From Candidatus Eiseniibacteriota bacterium (lineage in GTDB: Bacteria > Eisenbacteria > RBG-16-71-46 > CAIMUX01 > VGJL01), in NCBI GenBank assembly GCA_041946735.1, contig JBHGAY010000014.1, positions 1 to 64,000 on the forward strand: 64,000 nucleotides of DNA, read 5' to 3'. Of this stretch, positions 1 through 13,188 are shown piece by piece (position 1 is the first letter of the stretch; every line of letters begins with the position of its first letter). The notes under the pieces are model-generated. The model was given only the letters and a program-made list of their open reading frames with translations, had not been told where the DNA came from and did not search any database. Position numbers and translations under genes: made by a program.

Positions 1-66
1 CGCTCCGGCGCAAAGCGGCGCCGCCGCTCCGGCGCAAAGCAGCGCGCGCTCCGGCGCAAAGCAGCG
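1..66. repeat. Short direct repeat CGCTCCGGCGCAAAGC(A/G)GCG, 3 copies (may continue left of the window)
   Basis: Copies start at 1, 25 and 47, just downstream of the minus-strand HD-GYP gene. Confidence 0.8.
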
Positions 67-72
67 AGCGGC

Positions 73-1635
73 CTAGGGCAGATCGAGGAACACGCGCACG
101 AGATCGGGATCGAACTGCTTCCCGGCCCTCGCGGCGATCACCTCCCGCGCTTGCGCATCGGAGTACGAAGAGCGGTGGGGCCGCTCGCTCCGCAGCGCGT
201 CGTAGGCGTTGGCGATCGAGAGGATCCGGGAGCCGAGCGGGATCACGGTCCCCTTGAGCCCGTCGGGAACGCCGCTTCCGTCCCAGTACTCGGCCTGATG
301 CCGCAGGATCTCGGCGATCCCCTCGTGATGCCCTTCGCGGAAGAGCCGGCCGGCCGCCTCGCTCGCTTCCTGCTGGCGCAGCTTCCGCTCCGCGGGCGAG
401 AGCACCGCCGCATCGCGCAGCAGCGACTCGTGCCGCTCGACGGCACCAAGATTGTGGAGCAGCGCGGCGGTCGCGAGCGTGTCGAGCCGCTCTGCTTCCA
501 GCCCGACGGCGGCTCCGAGCCGGATGCACTGCTGCTTCACGCGCTCCGAGTGGCCGGCGAGCCATTCGTGGCGGGCCTCGAAGGCGGCGAGCAGCGAGGT
601 GATCGTCTCGAGGAACGAGGACTGGGTGCGATCGAACGCCTCGGCGTTCGCGAGCGAGGTTCCGACCGAGGCGGCAAGCGCCTCGACGAGGCGCAAGTCG
701 AACCGGTCGAGCGGACGGCGATCGGACCGCTCGCCGATCGAGAGCACGGCGCGCAGCGTCCCTCCGACCCGGACTCCCACGTTCCAGATCAGTCCGGCCG
801 TCGCGAGCAGACCCGCTTCACGCTGGCATTCCGACCGGAGCGCCAGCTCCTCCGTCGCGACCGCGTGGTCGTGCGATCCGAGGATCTCGCCGGTGAGTCC
901 GCCGGGATCGATCTGCAACGTGCCCGGATCGTGGAGCTTCAGCCCCCGGTGGATTCTGGGGAGCAGGACGCCGTCCTCGGCGACGAGCAACGCGACGGCG
1001 TCGAAGTCCATGATCCCGACGGCCGTCAGGATGAAGCGGTCGAGGATCTCGGAGATCGAGCGATGGCGGTTGAGCTCCTGGATCCTCTCGAGGATCGTGC
1101 CGAGGCGCTCGATGTGCGCCTGGAAGTCGGTACGGATCTCGCGCAGCCGGTCCCGCTGGCGGCGCACCTCCTCCTCGAGCACCTCCGCGCGCAGGGCGAG
1201 GACGTCGCGGTCGTGATTGCGCTCGAGGATCCTCTGCATCTTCATCAGGAGCTCGCGCGGGGAGAACGGCTTCGTGAGGTAGTCGTCCGCGCCGGAGCGG
1301 AGCCCCTGCAGCCGGCTCTCCGTCGCCGCGTTGCCGGAGATCAGGATGATCGGGAGGGTGCGGAAGCGATCGTCCTTGCGGAGCGTCTCGCAGACGTCGA
1401 GCCCGCTGCGGCGGGGCAGGCGAACGTCGAGGACGAGGAAGTCGGGATGGTTCGAGTCGACCGAGGCGAGCGCCTCTTCGCCGTCGTGAGCGGCCAGGAC
1501 GCGGAAGCCGCGACCTCCGAGGGTGATCTGAAGCAGCTCCACGACGCGCGAGTCGTCGTCAACGACCAGCACGGTGGGGCTCTTCTCATCCTTCACGTGA
1601 TCGGATCCCGGCGGTTGCGGCCGGACCGTTTCCAT
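73..1635 (-). CDS. Response regulator with REC, coiled-coil, GAF and degenerate HD-GYP domains
   Basis: N-terminal VLVVDDD...LVLDVRLP...GADDYLTKPF receiver domain. C-terminal HSERV...LLHNLG...HQAEYWDGSGVPDGLKG...IANAYDALRSERPHR. Confidence 0.9.
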   Translation of the reverse strand: METVRPQPPGSDHVKDEKSPTVLVVDDDSRVVELLQITLGGRGFRVLAAHDGEEALASVDSNHPDFLVLDVRLPRRSGLDVCETLRKDDRFRTLPIILISGNAATESRLQGLRSGADDYLTKPFSPRELLMKMQRILERNHDRDVLALRAEVLEEEVRRQRDRLREIRTDFQAHIERLGTILERIQELNRHRSISEILDRFILTAVGIMDFDAVALLVAEDGVLLPRIHRGLKLHDPGTLQIDPGGLTGEILGSHDHAVATEELALRSECQREAGLLATAGLIWNVGVRVGGTLRAVLSIGERSDRRPLDRFDLRLVEALAASVGTSLANAEAFDRTQSSFLETITSLLAAFEARHEWLAGHSERVKQQCIRLGAAVGLEAERLDTLATAALLHNLGAVERHESLLRDAAVLSPAERKLRQQEASEAAGRLFREGHHEGIAEILRHQAEYWDGSGVPDGLKGTVIPLGSRILSIANAYDALRSERPHRSSYSDAQAREVIAARAGKQFDPDLVRVFLDLP

Positions 1636-1752
1636 TCCCGCTCCTTTCGTTCACCGGCGCGGCGGCTCGTGACCGGCCGCCGTCCCCGGCAACCCTCGGC
1701 CTTCGCCAGGGCCTCCGGCCCCTCCCCCTCTTTCGGCCGCCCGCCGCCTCGT

Positions 1753-3372
1753 CTAGACGCCCGCGCTTTCTCCGAGCCCGGCCAGGATCCGGTCGATCTC
1801 GGACTCCGCGAACGGGAACATCAGGAAGGGACCTTCCTGGCTCGGCATTCCCGACAGCCGCGAGCCGACCCGGACGATGGGGATGCAGTGCTCCCCCGCT
1901 CTCCGGAGCAGCGTCGCTTCGGTCTCGTCCCCGCTCCCGTTCGGGGAGGGCTCGAGGAAGAAGACGTCCCATCGTCCGAGATCGAGCGAGACGGTAGCCG
2001 CTTCGAGCCCCGCCGCCTCGCCCACCTGCCATCCGCGCCCGCGCAGGTGGCGGCAGATCGCCACGCGAGCGGGGAGGTAGCGGACGGCGACGAGCGCCCG
2101 CAAAGGCCCCTTGCGGTCCCGCTCCTCATCGGCCGGGAGCGGCCGGTCCTCCGCGGCCTCCGCCGGACCGCCGCTCGAGCGGCCCGTCGGGTCCGCGGGC
2201 CTGCCGAACGCCTTCAGGACCGGCACGCGCAGCACTTCGATCCGGCCGCCCTCCTGCTGCCTCGCCAGGTTCGCGAGCTGTCCGAGGCCGAGCATTCTCT
2301 CGCAAGCGACCGCGACCTGCTCCCCCTCCTGGGCGAGCACGACGAAGTAGTTCTCTCCTCCGCAGCGACCGTGCAGGAGCTGGCCAAGGCTGAGGAGCTC
2401 GAGATCCCCGTGCTCGGTCTCGATCCTTGCCGGCACATCGGCGGCGGTCAGCGAACCGATCTTCTGCACCTGATCCCAGAGGACGGCGACCTTCGCTCCC
2501 TTGGACTCGAGCACGAGGACGGTGGCGTCCTCGCTCGCGCCTTCCTCCCCCTCCTCCTCCTCGCCCGCCTCCTCCGCCGCGGAGGCCGGCCCGCTCGCCT
2601 CGAGTGCGGGCGCGGGCGCTTCGGGGGCTGGCGCTTCGCCGGCGGGCGCATCGGATGCGGGCGCATCGGATGCGGGCACATCGGACCTGACTGCCTCGGC
2701 CGCCGGCGTCTCGGACACCGACGCGGGCGCCGCCGTCGCGATCCCAGTCTCCAGGCCGGCCTCGATCTCGGTCTCGGCACCGGCCTCGATCTCGAGGATC
2801 ACTGGCTCCGGGGACGCAGCCTTCACCTCCGGCCGGCCGCCATTTCGCGGCGCGGTCGATTCCGCCGCCGGCTCCGGCTCGGGCTGCGGCTCCGGCTGGG
2901 GCCTCTGTTGGGTATCGGGCTCCTGCTGGGTCGCTGGCTCTGTGTCGGGCTCGGTCTTCGTCTTCGTCTCCGACTCCGACCCCGGCACGGGCTGCGCGGC
3001 CGGCTGCGGCATCGCCGGCTCGTTCGCCTCCACGGCAGACGCGGGCGCCTGCTCCTCCGCTCCCGAAGTGGTCTCCTGCAATGCCTCGCGCGTTTCCCGA
3101 TCGGCGATACCCGGCTGCGCCTCCGCATCCCGCCCCGAACCCGCGGCGGCCATCGTCGGCCCCGCGGCGCCCGTTTCCGCCACCACCCGGCTGCCCGGTT
3201 GGATGGTCGAGTCCTGGAGCCTCTCTGCCAGGCGCAGGAGGCGATACGACAGACGCGCCTGCGCATGGGAGAGGGCGGCCAGGTCCCGGAGCATCTCCTG
3301 GATCAGCCGCGCCGGGTTCTCGTCACGATGATCTTTCGAACGATCTTCGTCCCGGCTCGATCTCGTCATCAC
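1753..3372 (-). CDS. Protein with a long acidic Pro/Ala linker, a CheW-like domain and a degenerate receiver domain
   Basis: VLVLESKGAKVAVLWDQV...LLSLGQLL...VVLAQEGEQVAVACERMLG is CheW-like. RALVAVRYLPARVAICRHLRGRGWQVGEA...WDVFFLE is REC-like. The start overlaps the upstream stop. Confidence 0.65.
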   Translation of the reverse strand: MMTRSSRDEDRSKDHRDENPARLIQEMLRDLAALSHAQARLSYRLLRLAERLQDSTIQPGSRVVAETGAAGPTMAAAGSGRDAEAQPGIADRETREALQETTSGAEEQAPASAVEANEPAMPQPAAQPVPGSESETKTKTEPDTEPATQQEPDTQQRPQPEPQPEPEPAAESTAPRNGGRPEVKAASPEPVILEIEAGAETEIEAGLETGIATAAPASVSETPAAEAVRSDVPASDAPASDAPAGEAPAPEAPAPALEASGPASAAEEAGEEEEGEEGASEDATVLVLESKGAKVAVLWDQVQKIGSLTAADVPARIETEHGDLELLSLGQLLHGRCGGENYFVVLAQEGEQVAVACERMLGLGQLANLARQQEGGRIEVLRVPVLKAFGRPADPTGRSSGGPAEAAEDRPLPADEERDRKGPLRALVAVRYLPARVAICRHLRGRGWQVGEAAGLEAATVSLDLGRWDVFFLEPSPNGSGDETEATLLRRAGEHCIPIVRVGSRLSGMPSQEGPFLMFPFAESEIDRILAGLGESAGV

Positions 3373-4517
3373 GTCCCTCCTTCCCTCCCCTCCTGCTTGG
3401 AGGCGGGGAGGGATGCATCGATCAGGATCGTCCTGGCGGCGGGATCGCTTCCCAGCCAGCGATCGATCTGTGCACGTAGCGCTTCCGTCTCGGCGCGCAC
3501 CACGCGAGCCTCGCCCCTCGGAAGCGGTTTGTCCGCGAACCGTCCGCGCAGCGCATCGAAGCTGCGCTGGAATGCGTGGAAGCAGTCGCCGAGCGATCCC
3601 GGCAGATCCGGGACGGCGCGGCGCGCGCGCTCGATCTCGAGCGACCAGACGGTGGCCAGGCGTTCCAGATCGGCGAACTCCTCAGCGGCCGGGCGCGTGC
3701 CATTGCCCCGCCCGCTCGCCTTCTCCGCCGGCGCCTTCTCCGCCTGCACCTCCGCCGACTGCACCTCCGCCTGCCCCTCGGCCGCCTGCCCCTTCTGGGC
3801 CGGCCGCTCCTCCGCCTCGGTCGCCGCCGCATCGAGGAACTGCGCGATCCGTTCGGCCCTCGCCGCCATCCCGGTCAGGTCGTCCCGCAGGTGCTGCCAG
3901 TAGCGGTCGATCTCCTCACGCAGGTCGCGCCCGAGGTCCGACGCGACGCCTGAGATCGGAGTGGGAGCAGTTCCGGGCGCCGGCACCCGGTCGCCCGCCT
4001 CGCGCAGTCTCGCGAGCACTCCCTTCGCCTCGTCACGCAGCGCCTCGAGTTCCATCATGGCCCGAGCGCCCGACCGGTTCTGCTGCACCAGGGTGTGAAT
4101 CCTCAGGGACAAGCGCCGCAGATCGGGATCGGGTTCGAGGATCGGAGAGGGAGGATCGACGGCGAGGTGAAACCCCTCAGCGACGTGAAGCAGCGCGCGG
4201 ATGGGACGCACCGTCCGCTCCGCCAGATACGAGCCGCAGGCGAGGGAGGCCATCGTGAAGAGAAGAACCAGCAGGATCGACCCGTAGCGGAGCCACGGGG
4301 TGACGGCGCCGGTCGCGCCGCCTTCGCGCAGGCCGAACTCGACGAGCAGGATCAAGCTGACACCGAGAAGGAACACCGGCAGGGCGCAGAGCAGCAGCGC
4401 CTGGCTGCGGATCGACCTGCGCCCGGCTGCGCTGCGAAGATGCGGATGATCGTCCAACCGGCTCCCCCCGTGCGGATGGACTGCAGGCTGCAAGGAAACC
4501 GTCGCCTGCGATTGCAC
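3369..4517 (-). CDS. Membrane protein with two TM helices, a HAMP-like region and coiled coil (chemoreceptor-like)
   Basis: Two hydrophobic helices followed by ERTVRPIRALL and a helical cytoplasmic region. Translationally coupled to the next gene. Confidence 0.6.
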   Translation of the reverse strand: MQSQATVSLQPAVHPHGGSRLDDHPHLRSAAGRRSIRSQALLLCALPVFLLGVSLILLVEFGLREGGATGAVTPWLRYGSILLVLLFTMASLACGSYLAERTVRPIRALLHVAEGFHLAVDPPSPILEPDPDLRRLSLRIHTLVQQNRSGARAMMELEALRDEAKGVLARLREAGDRVPAPGTAPTPISGVASDLGRDLREEIDRYWQHLRDDLTGMAARAERIAQFLDAAATEAEERPAQKGQAAEGQAEVQSAEVQAEKAPAEKASGRGNGTRPAAEEFADLERLATVWSLEIERARRAVPDLPGSLGDCFHAFQRSFDALRGRFADKPLPRGEARVVRAETEALRAQIDRWLGSDPAARTILIDASLPASKQEGREGGT

Positions 4518-4886
4518 CGTGCATCCTGCCGAAGCCGCCGTACCCCTCGAGACGAGGCATCCGGCACGGCCGGATGGGCCGCTTCTGGCAGACCACGAGC
4601 TTCGTCACCTTTCGGAACATCGGTCGCCAAGAGAGTCCGAGTCGCCGGCGACAAGGTCCGATCGGATCGAGCAAGTGATTGCGGCCGCGAGCGCTCATCG
4701 ATCAGATCGGCGATGCGGTCGACCTCCTCGCGGAGGCTCGGGGGGAGTCGATACGTCCCGCGCGACGACGAAACGTGGCACAGGCCTTGCACCTCCCCCT
4801 CTTCGCAGACGGCACGATAGCACGCAGCGCGGGGGGAAGGGAATTCGTTTTCGACTCCCCTCATCGTTGTGAACGGGAGTGAGGAC

Positions 4887-5672
4887 ATGGAAGCTCGCAG
4901 CCGTTACCTGGAGATCCCCACCGGCGTCGTGGAATCTCGCCCAACGTACCATTTCGTGATGAAGTGCCTGCTCTACTCACGGATGGAGACCGGGCTGCTG
5001 TCGAACGAGGATTTCTACGACGAGGACGTGAACGTCTACATCGCGCACTTGCTCGACTCAATGATCCATCCGGAGAACGTGGACCGGGCGCGGCGATTCC
5101 TGTCTCCGTACGACTCCGACGTCTTCCGTATGCTCCAGGCGAGCAAGGACGCGCGGCTGCGCTACACGATCTATAAGACGAACGCCGACTTCCTGCTACT
5201 TTCGCTCGGCATCTTCGACAACCCCGAGGCGATCGCGAACCCCGGTCAAAATGGCGCGGAGCATCAGACGCACCGCCCGTCCGAAGAGGCGTTCATCGGT
5301 CGCGGCCGGACCTACTATCGATTCGCCTACACCTACAGCCAGCTCGTCCACGGCAGGACCTCGGGCATCTCCGACGTGCTCGAGAAGCTCTCGATCGGTT
5401 TCGAGAAGTACTTGCGGATCCTCGCCCACATGCGAGGCGAGTACCTCGATCTGATGCACCGGCTGTCGACCGGCGAGGTGTACCACCTCGAACGAGTGGC
5501 GAACGAGCAGCAGAGGCGCGAATCGCTGCGCGAGAAGCAAGACGCGTTCCTCGATCTCTACCTCGACTGGAAGAAGACCGGCGCCCAGGACGCGCGCGAG
5601 AGGATGTCGCAGATGGTGAAGGAGATCCGAGCGCTCGATCCGGAGTTCCGCTTCGAGGCGTCCGAGCCCTAG
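4887..5672 (+). CDS. Hypothetical helical protein
   Basis: Normal codon bias, with a GAGGA RBS before the ATG at 4887. No family confidently recognised. Confidence 0.8.
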   Translation: MEARSRYLEIPTGVVESRPTYHFVMKCLLYSRMETGLLSNEDFYDEDVNVYIAHLLDSMIHPENVDRARRFLSPYDSDVFRMLQASKDARLRYTIYKTNADFLLLSLGIFDNPEAIANPGQNGAEHQTHRPSEEAFIGRGRTYYRFAYTYSQLVHGRTSGISDVLEKLSIGFEKYLRILAHMRGEYLDLMHRLSTGEVYHLERVANEQQRRESLREKQDAFLDLYLDWKKTGAQDARERMSQMVKEIRALDPEFRFEASEP

Positions 5673-5826
5673 CGGCGAGGGCAGCAACCGCCACGTCTTC
5701 CATCGCCGCCGGTCCCCTCCCTCCCCATCCCCTCTCCGGCCTGCCGGGAGGGGACCGGTCATTTTGGCCCGGCCCATTCGGAATTGGAATCCGTCGGGGA
5801 ACCTCGGTCAAAGTCAGAGGAGCTTG

Positions 5827-8209
<2,383 letters not shown>

Positions 8210-8297
8210 GGTCCACTCCTTGCCTTTGCTTGAGGCCTGTCCCGGCGGCACCCCGGCAGCCGCCTTGCCATCGTCGGTGAGACGGGGGACATGCGTG

Positions 8298-8327
8298 ACG
8301 ATAGTTTCTGCCCGAGGAGACTGTCAA
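8298..8327 (-). promoter_or_regulatory. Putative sigma70 promoter (TTGACA-N18-TATCGT) for the OMP-guaB unit
   Basis: Perfect -35 hexamer on the minus strand, divergent from the tRNA promoter. Confidence 0.5.
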
Positions 8328-8335
8328 GACGACGC

Positions 8336-8365
8336 TTGCGCCGCCCGGAGGGGTCGACCTACACT
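8336..8365 (+). promoter_or_regulatory. Putative sigma70 promoter (TTGCGC-N18-TACACT) for tRNA-tilS
   Basis: Hexamers lie about 30 nt upstream of the tRNA. Confidence 0.4.
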
Positions 8366-8394
8366 GCTTCCCTGTCCCGCAGGGCTTCGCAGAT

Positions 8395-8467
8395 GGCGGC
8401 GTAGCTCAGCTGGTAGAGCAGGAGAATCATAATCTCTGTGTCCGGGGTTCGAGTCCCTGCGCCGCCA
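8395..8467 (+). tRNA. tRNA with anticodon CAT, most likely elongator tRNA-Met (CCA not encoded)
   Basis: Cloverleaf: GGCGGCG/CGCCGCC acceptor stem, GCTC/GAGC D-arm, GGAGA-ATCATAA-TCTCT anticodon arm and TTCGAGT T-loop. Confidence 0.95.
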
Positions 8468-8642
8468 CATCCTCACCTCCTGCCCGGCGCCGCTCGGTTC
8501 GGCAGACTCGACTCTCTCGAAAGGTCCCCGGCATGTGCTCGAACTCATACTTCGCGCTAAGGCCCGGCCCCGCCGCCCGCCCGCTGGAAGATCTCCGGCT
8601 CCGGGCCCACGGGGGAGGCGGGAGCGGACCGAGGATGACCCG

Positions 8643-10289
8643 ATGAGCCTCGCCCGCCGGCTCGAGGACGAAGTGGTCTCGTTCCTCAGGGCGACCCGAC
8701 GCGCGCCGGACCCCATCCCCGAGGCAGGGCCTCCGCCATGCCTGCTCGTCGCCGTCTCCGGGGGAGGCGATTCAACGGCTTTGCTGAAGCTTCTGCACGC
8801 GACCCGCTTGCGCCACGGCTTCGGGCTGATCGCCGCGCACGTCCATCACGGTGTGCGGCCGGACGCCGACGAAGAGGAGCGCCGGGTGGCCAGCCTCTGC
8901 GGCCGGCTCGAGATCCCGTTCGAGGTGGCACGGCTGGACCGCCGAGGGGGACGCCCGAGCCCTGGCGAAGCGACCCTGCGGGAGCTTCGCTACGCGGCGC
9001 TCCGGCGCATCGCTCGCGACCGCGGGTGCCGTGCCATCGTCCTCGGCCATCAGCGGGACGATCAGATCGAGACCGTGCTGATGGCGCTCATGCGCGGCAC
9101 GGGGATCGAGGGGATCGCCGGAATGCGTCGGCGGCGCGGCGACCTGCTGCGGCCGCTGCTCCACGTGCCGCGGTCGGTCTTGCGCGATTACCTGCGGGAG
9201 GCCGGCGAAGCTTGGGTCGAGGATCCGACGAACGAGGATCCGACCCGCGCTCGCAACCAGGTGCGCGCCCGCCTGCTCCCGCTGCTCGAGGATCTCCGGC
9301 CGGGATCGTCCGCGGCCGTCGCCCGCTCGGCCCGCGCGCTGGGCGACGCCCGCGCCGCCCTCCGGCGCCTCTCGGGGGAGGCGCTGGAGCGTCTGCGCAT
9401 GCCGGCGCGGGAAGGGACGATCGTGCTCGACGCGACGGCCCTCCGCCGCCAGCCGCGCGCCATCGTCCACCTGACCCTGAAGCGGGCAGCCGAGGAGACC
9501 CGCGCGGTCGCCGGCTGCTCCCGCACGGACATCCCCGCCTCCGCGTGGCGCGCCATCCTCCGCGCGGTCGCCAAAGGAAAGCCGGCCTCGTTCCGGCTCC
9601 CGGGGCCCATCGTCGTGGATGTCACGGGACGCGCGGTCCGGCTCTCCCCCGCTCACGCCGAAGCGGGCGCCGGGAAGGGCGATTTGACGGGCGGAACCTC
9701 CTCATCCGATCCGCCGTTCGTAGAGTTCGTGCTTCCCTGGTCGGGCGAGATCTCCGTCCCGCTCGAGGGCGGCCTGCCTGGCCGCCCGGGTTCCCCTTCC
9801 CTTTGCGAGAGCCGTCTGCGGGCCGAGCTGATGGACAGGCCGGCGGAATCGAAGTGGATTCTGCGCGGGACGACCCGCATGCAGATCTTCGACGCCGATG
9901 GGCTCGTTCCGCCGGTTCGGATGCGACCGATGCGTAGCGGGGACCGCGTGGCGGTCGAGTGGACCGGGCCGCCGCGCAGCCATGAGTCGCCGGCGGGGCG
10001 AACGTCGCCGGGAGGCAGAGGCGGGGACCGCCCGGAATGCGAGGATTCTTCGGCGTCCCGGAAGCTATCCGACTTATTATCGGAGCTGGGAGTGCCTCGA
10101 TCCGCTCGGCGCACGCAGCCGGTGATCGAAGATCGCGACGGAATCCTGTGGGCGCCTGGGGTTCGACGAAGCGCGCGGGCGCGGGTCGGGGGCGCCACCC
10201 GGAGGATCTGGGTCCTCCGGTGGAGCGGCCCGCTCCCGGTGGACGAGGCGTTGACCGGGGGAGGATCGCGACGATGGCCGAACGGGTGA
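8643..10289 (+). CDS. tilS: tRNA(Ile)-lysidine synthetase
   Basis: VAVSGGGDS PP-loop, HVHHGVR, GHQRDDQIET, RPLL, EDPTN, RNQVR and C-terminal RKLSDLL...VP. Confidence 0.95.
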   Translation: MSLARRLEDEVVSFLRATRRAPDPIPEAGPPPCLLVAVSGGGDSTALLKLLHATRLRHGFGLIAAHVHHGVRPDADEEERRVASLCGRLEIPFEVARLDRRGGRPSPGEATLRELRYAALRRIARDRGCRAIVLGHQRDDQIETVLMALMRGTGIEGIAGMRRRRGDLLRPLLHVPRSVLRDYLREAGEAWVEDPTNEDPTRARNQVRARLLPLLEDLRPGSSAAVARSARALGDARAALRRLSGEALERLRMPAREGTIVLDATALRRQPRAIVHLTLKRAAEETRAVAGCSRTDIPASAWRAILRAVAKGKPASFRLPGPIVVDVTGRAVRLSPAHAEAGAGKGDLTGGTSSSDPPFVEFVLPWSGEISVPLEGGLPGRPGSPSLCESRLRAELMDRPAESKWILRGTTRMQIFDADGLVPPVRMRPMRSGDRVAVEWTGPPRSHESPAGRTSPGGRGGDRPECEDSSASRKLSDLLSELGVPRSARRTQPVIEDRDGILWAPGVRRSARARVGGATRRIWVLRWSGPLPVDEALTGGGSRRWPNG

Positions 10290-11017
10290 CGCCCGACGCG
10301 GGGATGGCTCCGGCCGGCTGTCGTCTCCTGCGCAGCGAGGATCGGATCGGCCGGGACGTCGATACGATCGCCGCGGCGATCCGAAAGGCGGCTGCGGGCA
10401 GGGTCCCGGTCTTCATCGGTCTCTTGAAGGGTTCGTTCGTCTTCCTCGCGGATCTGATCCGCGCGTACGGCGCCCCGCACGAGATCGAGTTCCTTTCCGT
10501 GACTCGTTACGATCCGACGCGGAAGGACCCTTCGTCGGTCCGCGTTTTGCATGATCTGACCACGAACATCGGAGGACGATTCGTCGTCCTCGTGGAGGGG
10601 ATCCGGAGCCGGGGAACGAAGATCGTCTACGTCGACCGGTTCCTGCGTCTGCACAACCCCCAGGATATCTATTACTGCGCGCTCGTCGCCCAGCAGGGAG
10701 CCGCGGCGAGCGAAGTTCCTCTTCATGCCTGGGGCTTCGAGATCGATCCGGAAGAATATGTCCTTGGCTATGGCCTGGACGTCGGGGAGCGATACAGGAA
10801 CCTGCCTTTCATCGCCGTGAGCGGGGAGGGTTTCGCAACCGGGGACACCGCACGCGGGCAGTCGATCGAATCGAACGACCGAGTCGAATCGAGCGAACCG
10901 GTCGGATCGAACGAACGAGTCGAATCGAACGAGCCGATCGGTTCGGGCGAGTCGAGCGCGTCGACCGAACGGATCGAGCCGATCGATCCGATCCAGCGCG
11001 GCGGAAGAGACGGTTAG
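10274..11017 (+). CDS. hpt: Hypoxanthine phosphoribosyltransferase-like protein with a degenerate PRPP-binding motif
   Basis: IGLLKGSFVFLADLIR and YVLGYGLDVGERYRNLPFI, in the usual tilS-hpt-ftsH synteny. Confidence 0.85.
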   Translation: MAERVTPDAGMAPAGCRLLRSEDRIGRDVDTIAAAIRKAAAGRVPVFIGLLKGSFVFLADLIRAYGAPHEIEFLSVTRYDPTRKDPSSVRVLHDLTTNIGGRFVVLVEGIRSRGTKIVYVDRFLRLHNPQDIYYCALVAQQGAAASEVPLHAWGFEIDPEEYVLGYGLDVGERYRNLPFIAVSGEGFATGDTARGQSIESNDRVESSEPVGSNERVESNEPIGSGESSASTERIEPIDPIQRGGRDG

Positions 11018-11044
11018 CCGGTGGGACCGGTTAGAAAGGATCGC

Positions 11045-13120
<2,076 letters not shown>

Positions 13121-13188
13121 AGAGGCGGCCGCCAAGGACGACGGGAAGGAACGACGAGAAGGACGACGGGAAGGACCCGGCGAACGCG

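Noticed and set aside
151..3903. Very long antisense or alternative-frame ORFs (e.g. 151-3903, 9653-13228, 27674-30898, 46682-49798)
   Set aside because: They are shadow ORFs of real genes on the opposite strand, expected at high GC, and are Arg/Pro/Gly-rich without motifs.
4352..4888. Small minus-strand ORF upstream of the receptor-like gene
   Set aside because: It overlaps its neighbours and has no recognisable motif, so it cannot be supported as a gene.
8395..8540. Integrative element at the tRNA
   Set aside because: No integrase and no duplicated tRNA 3' end were seen, and tilS follows directly.
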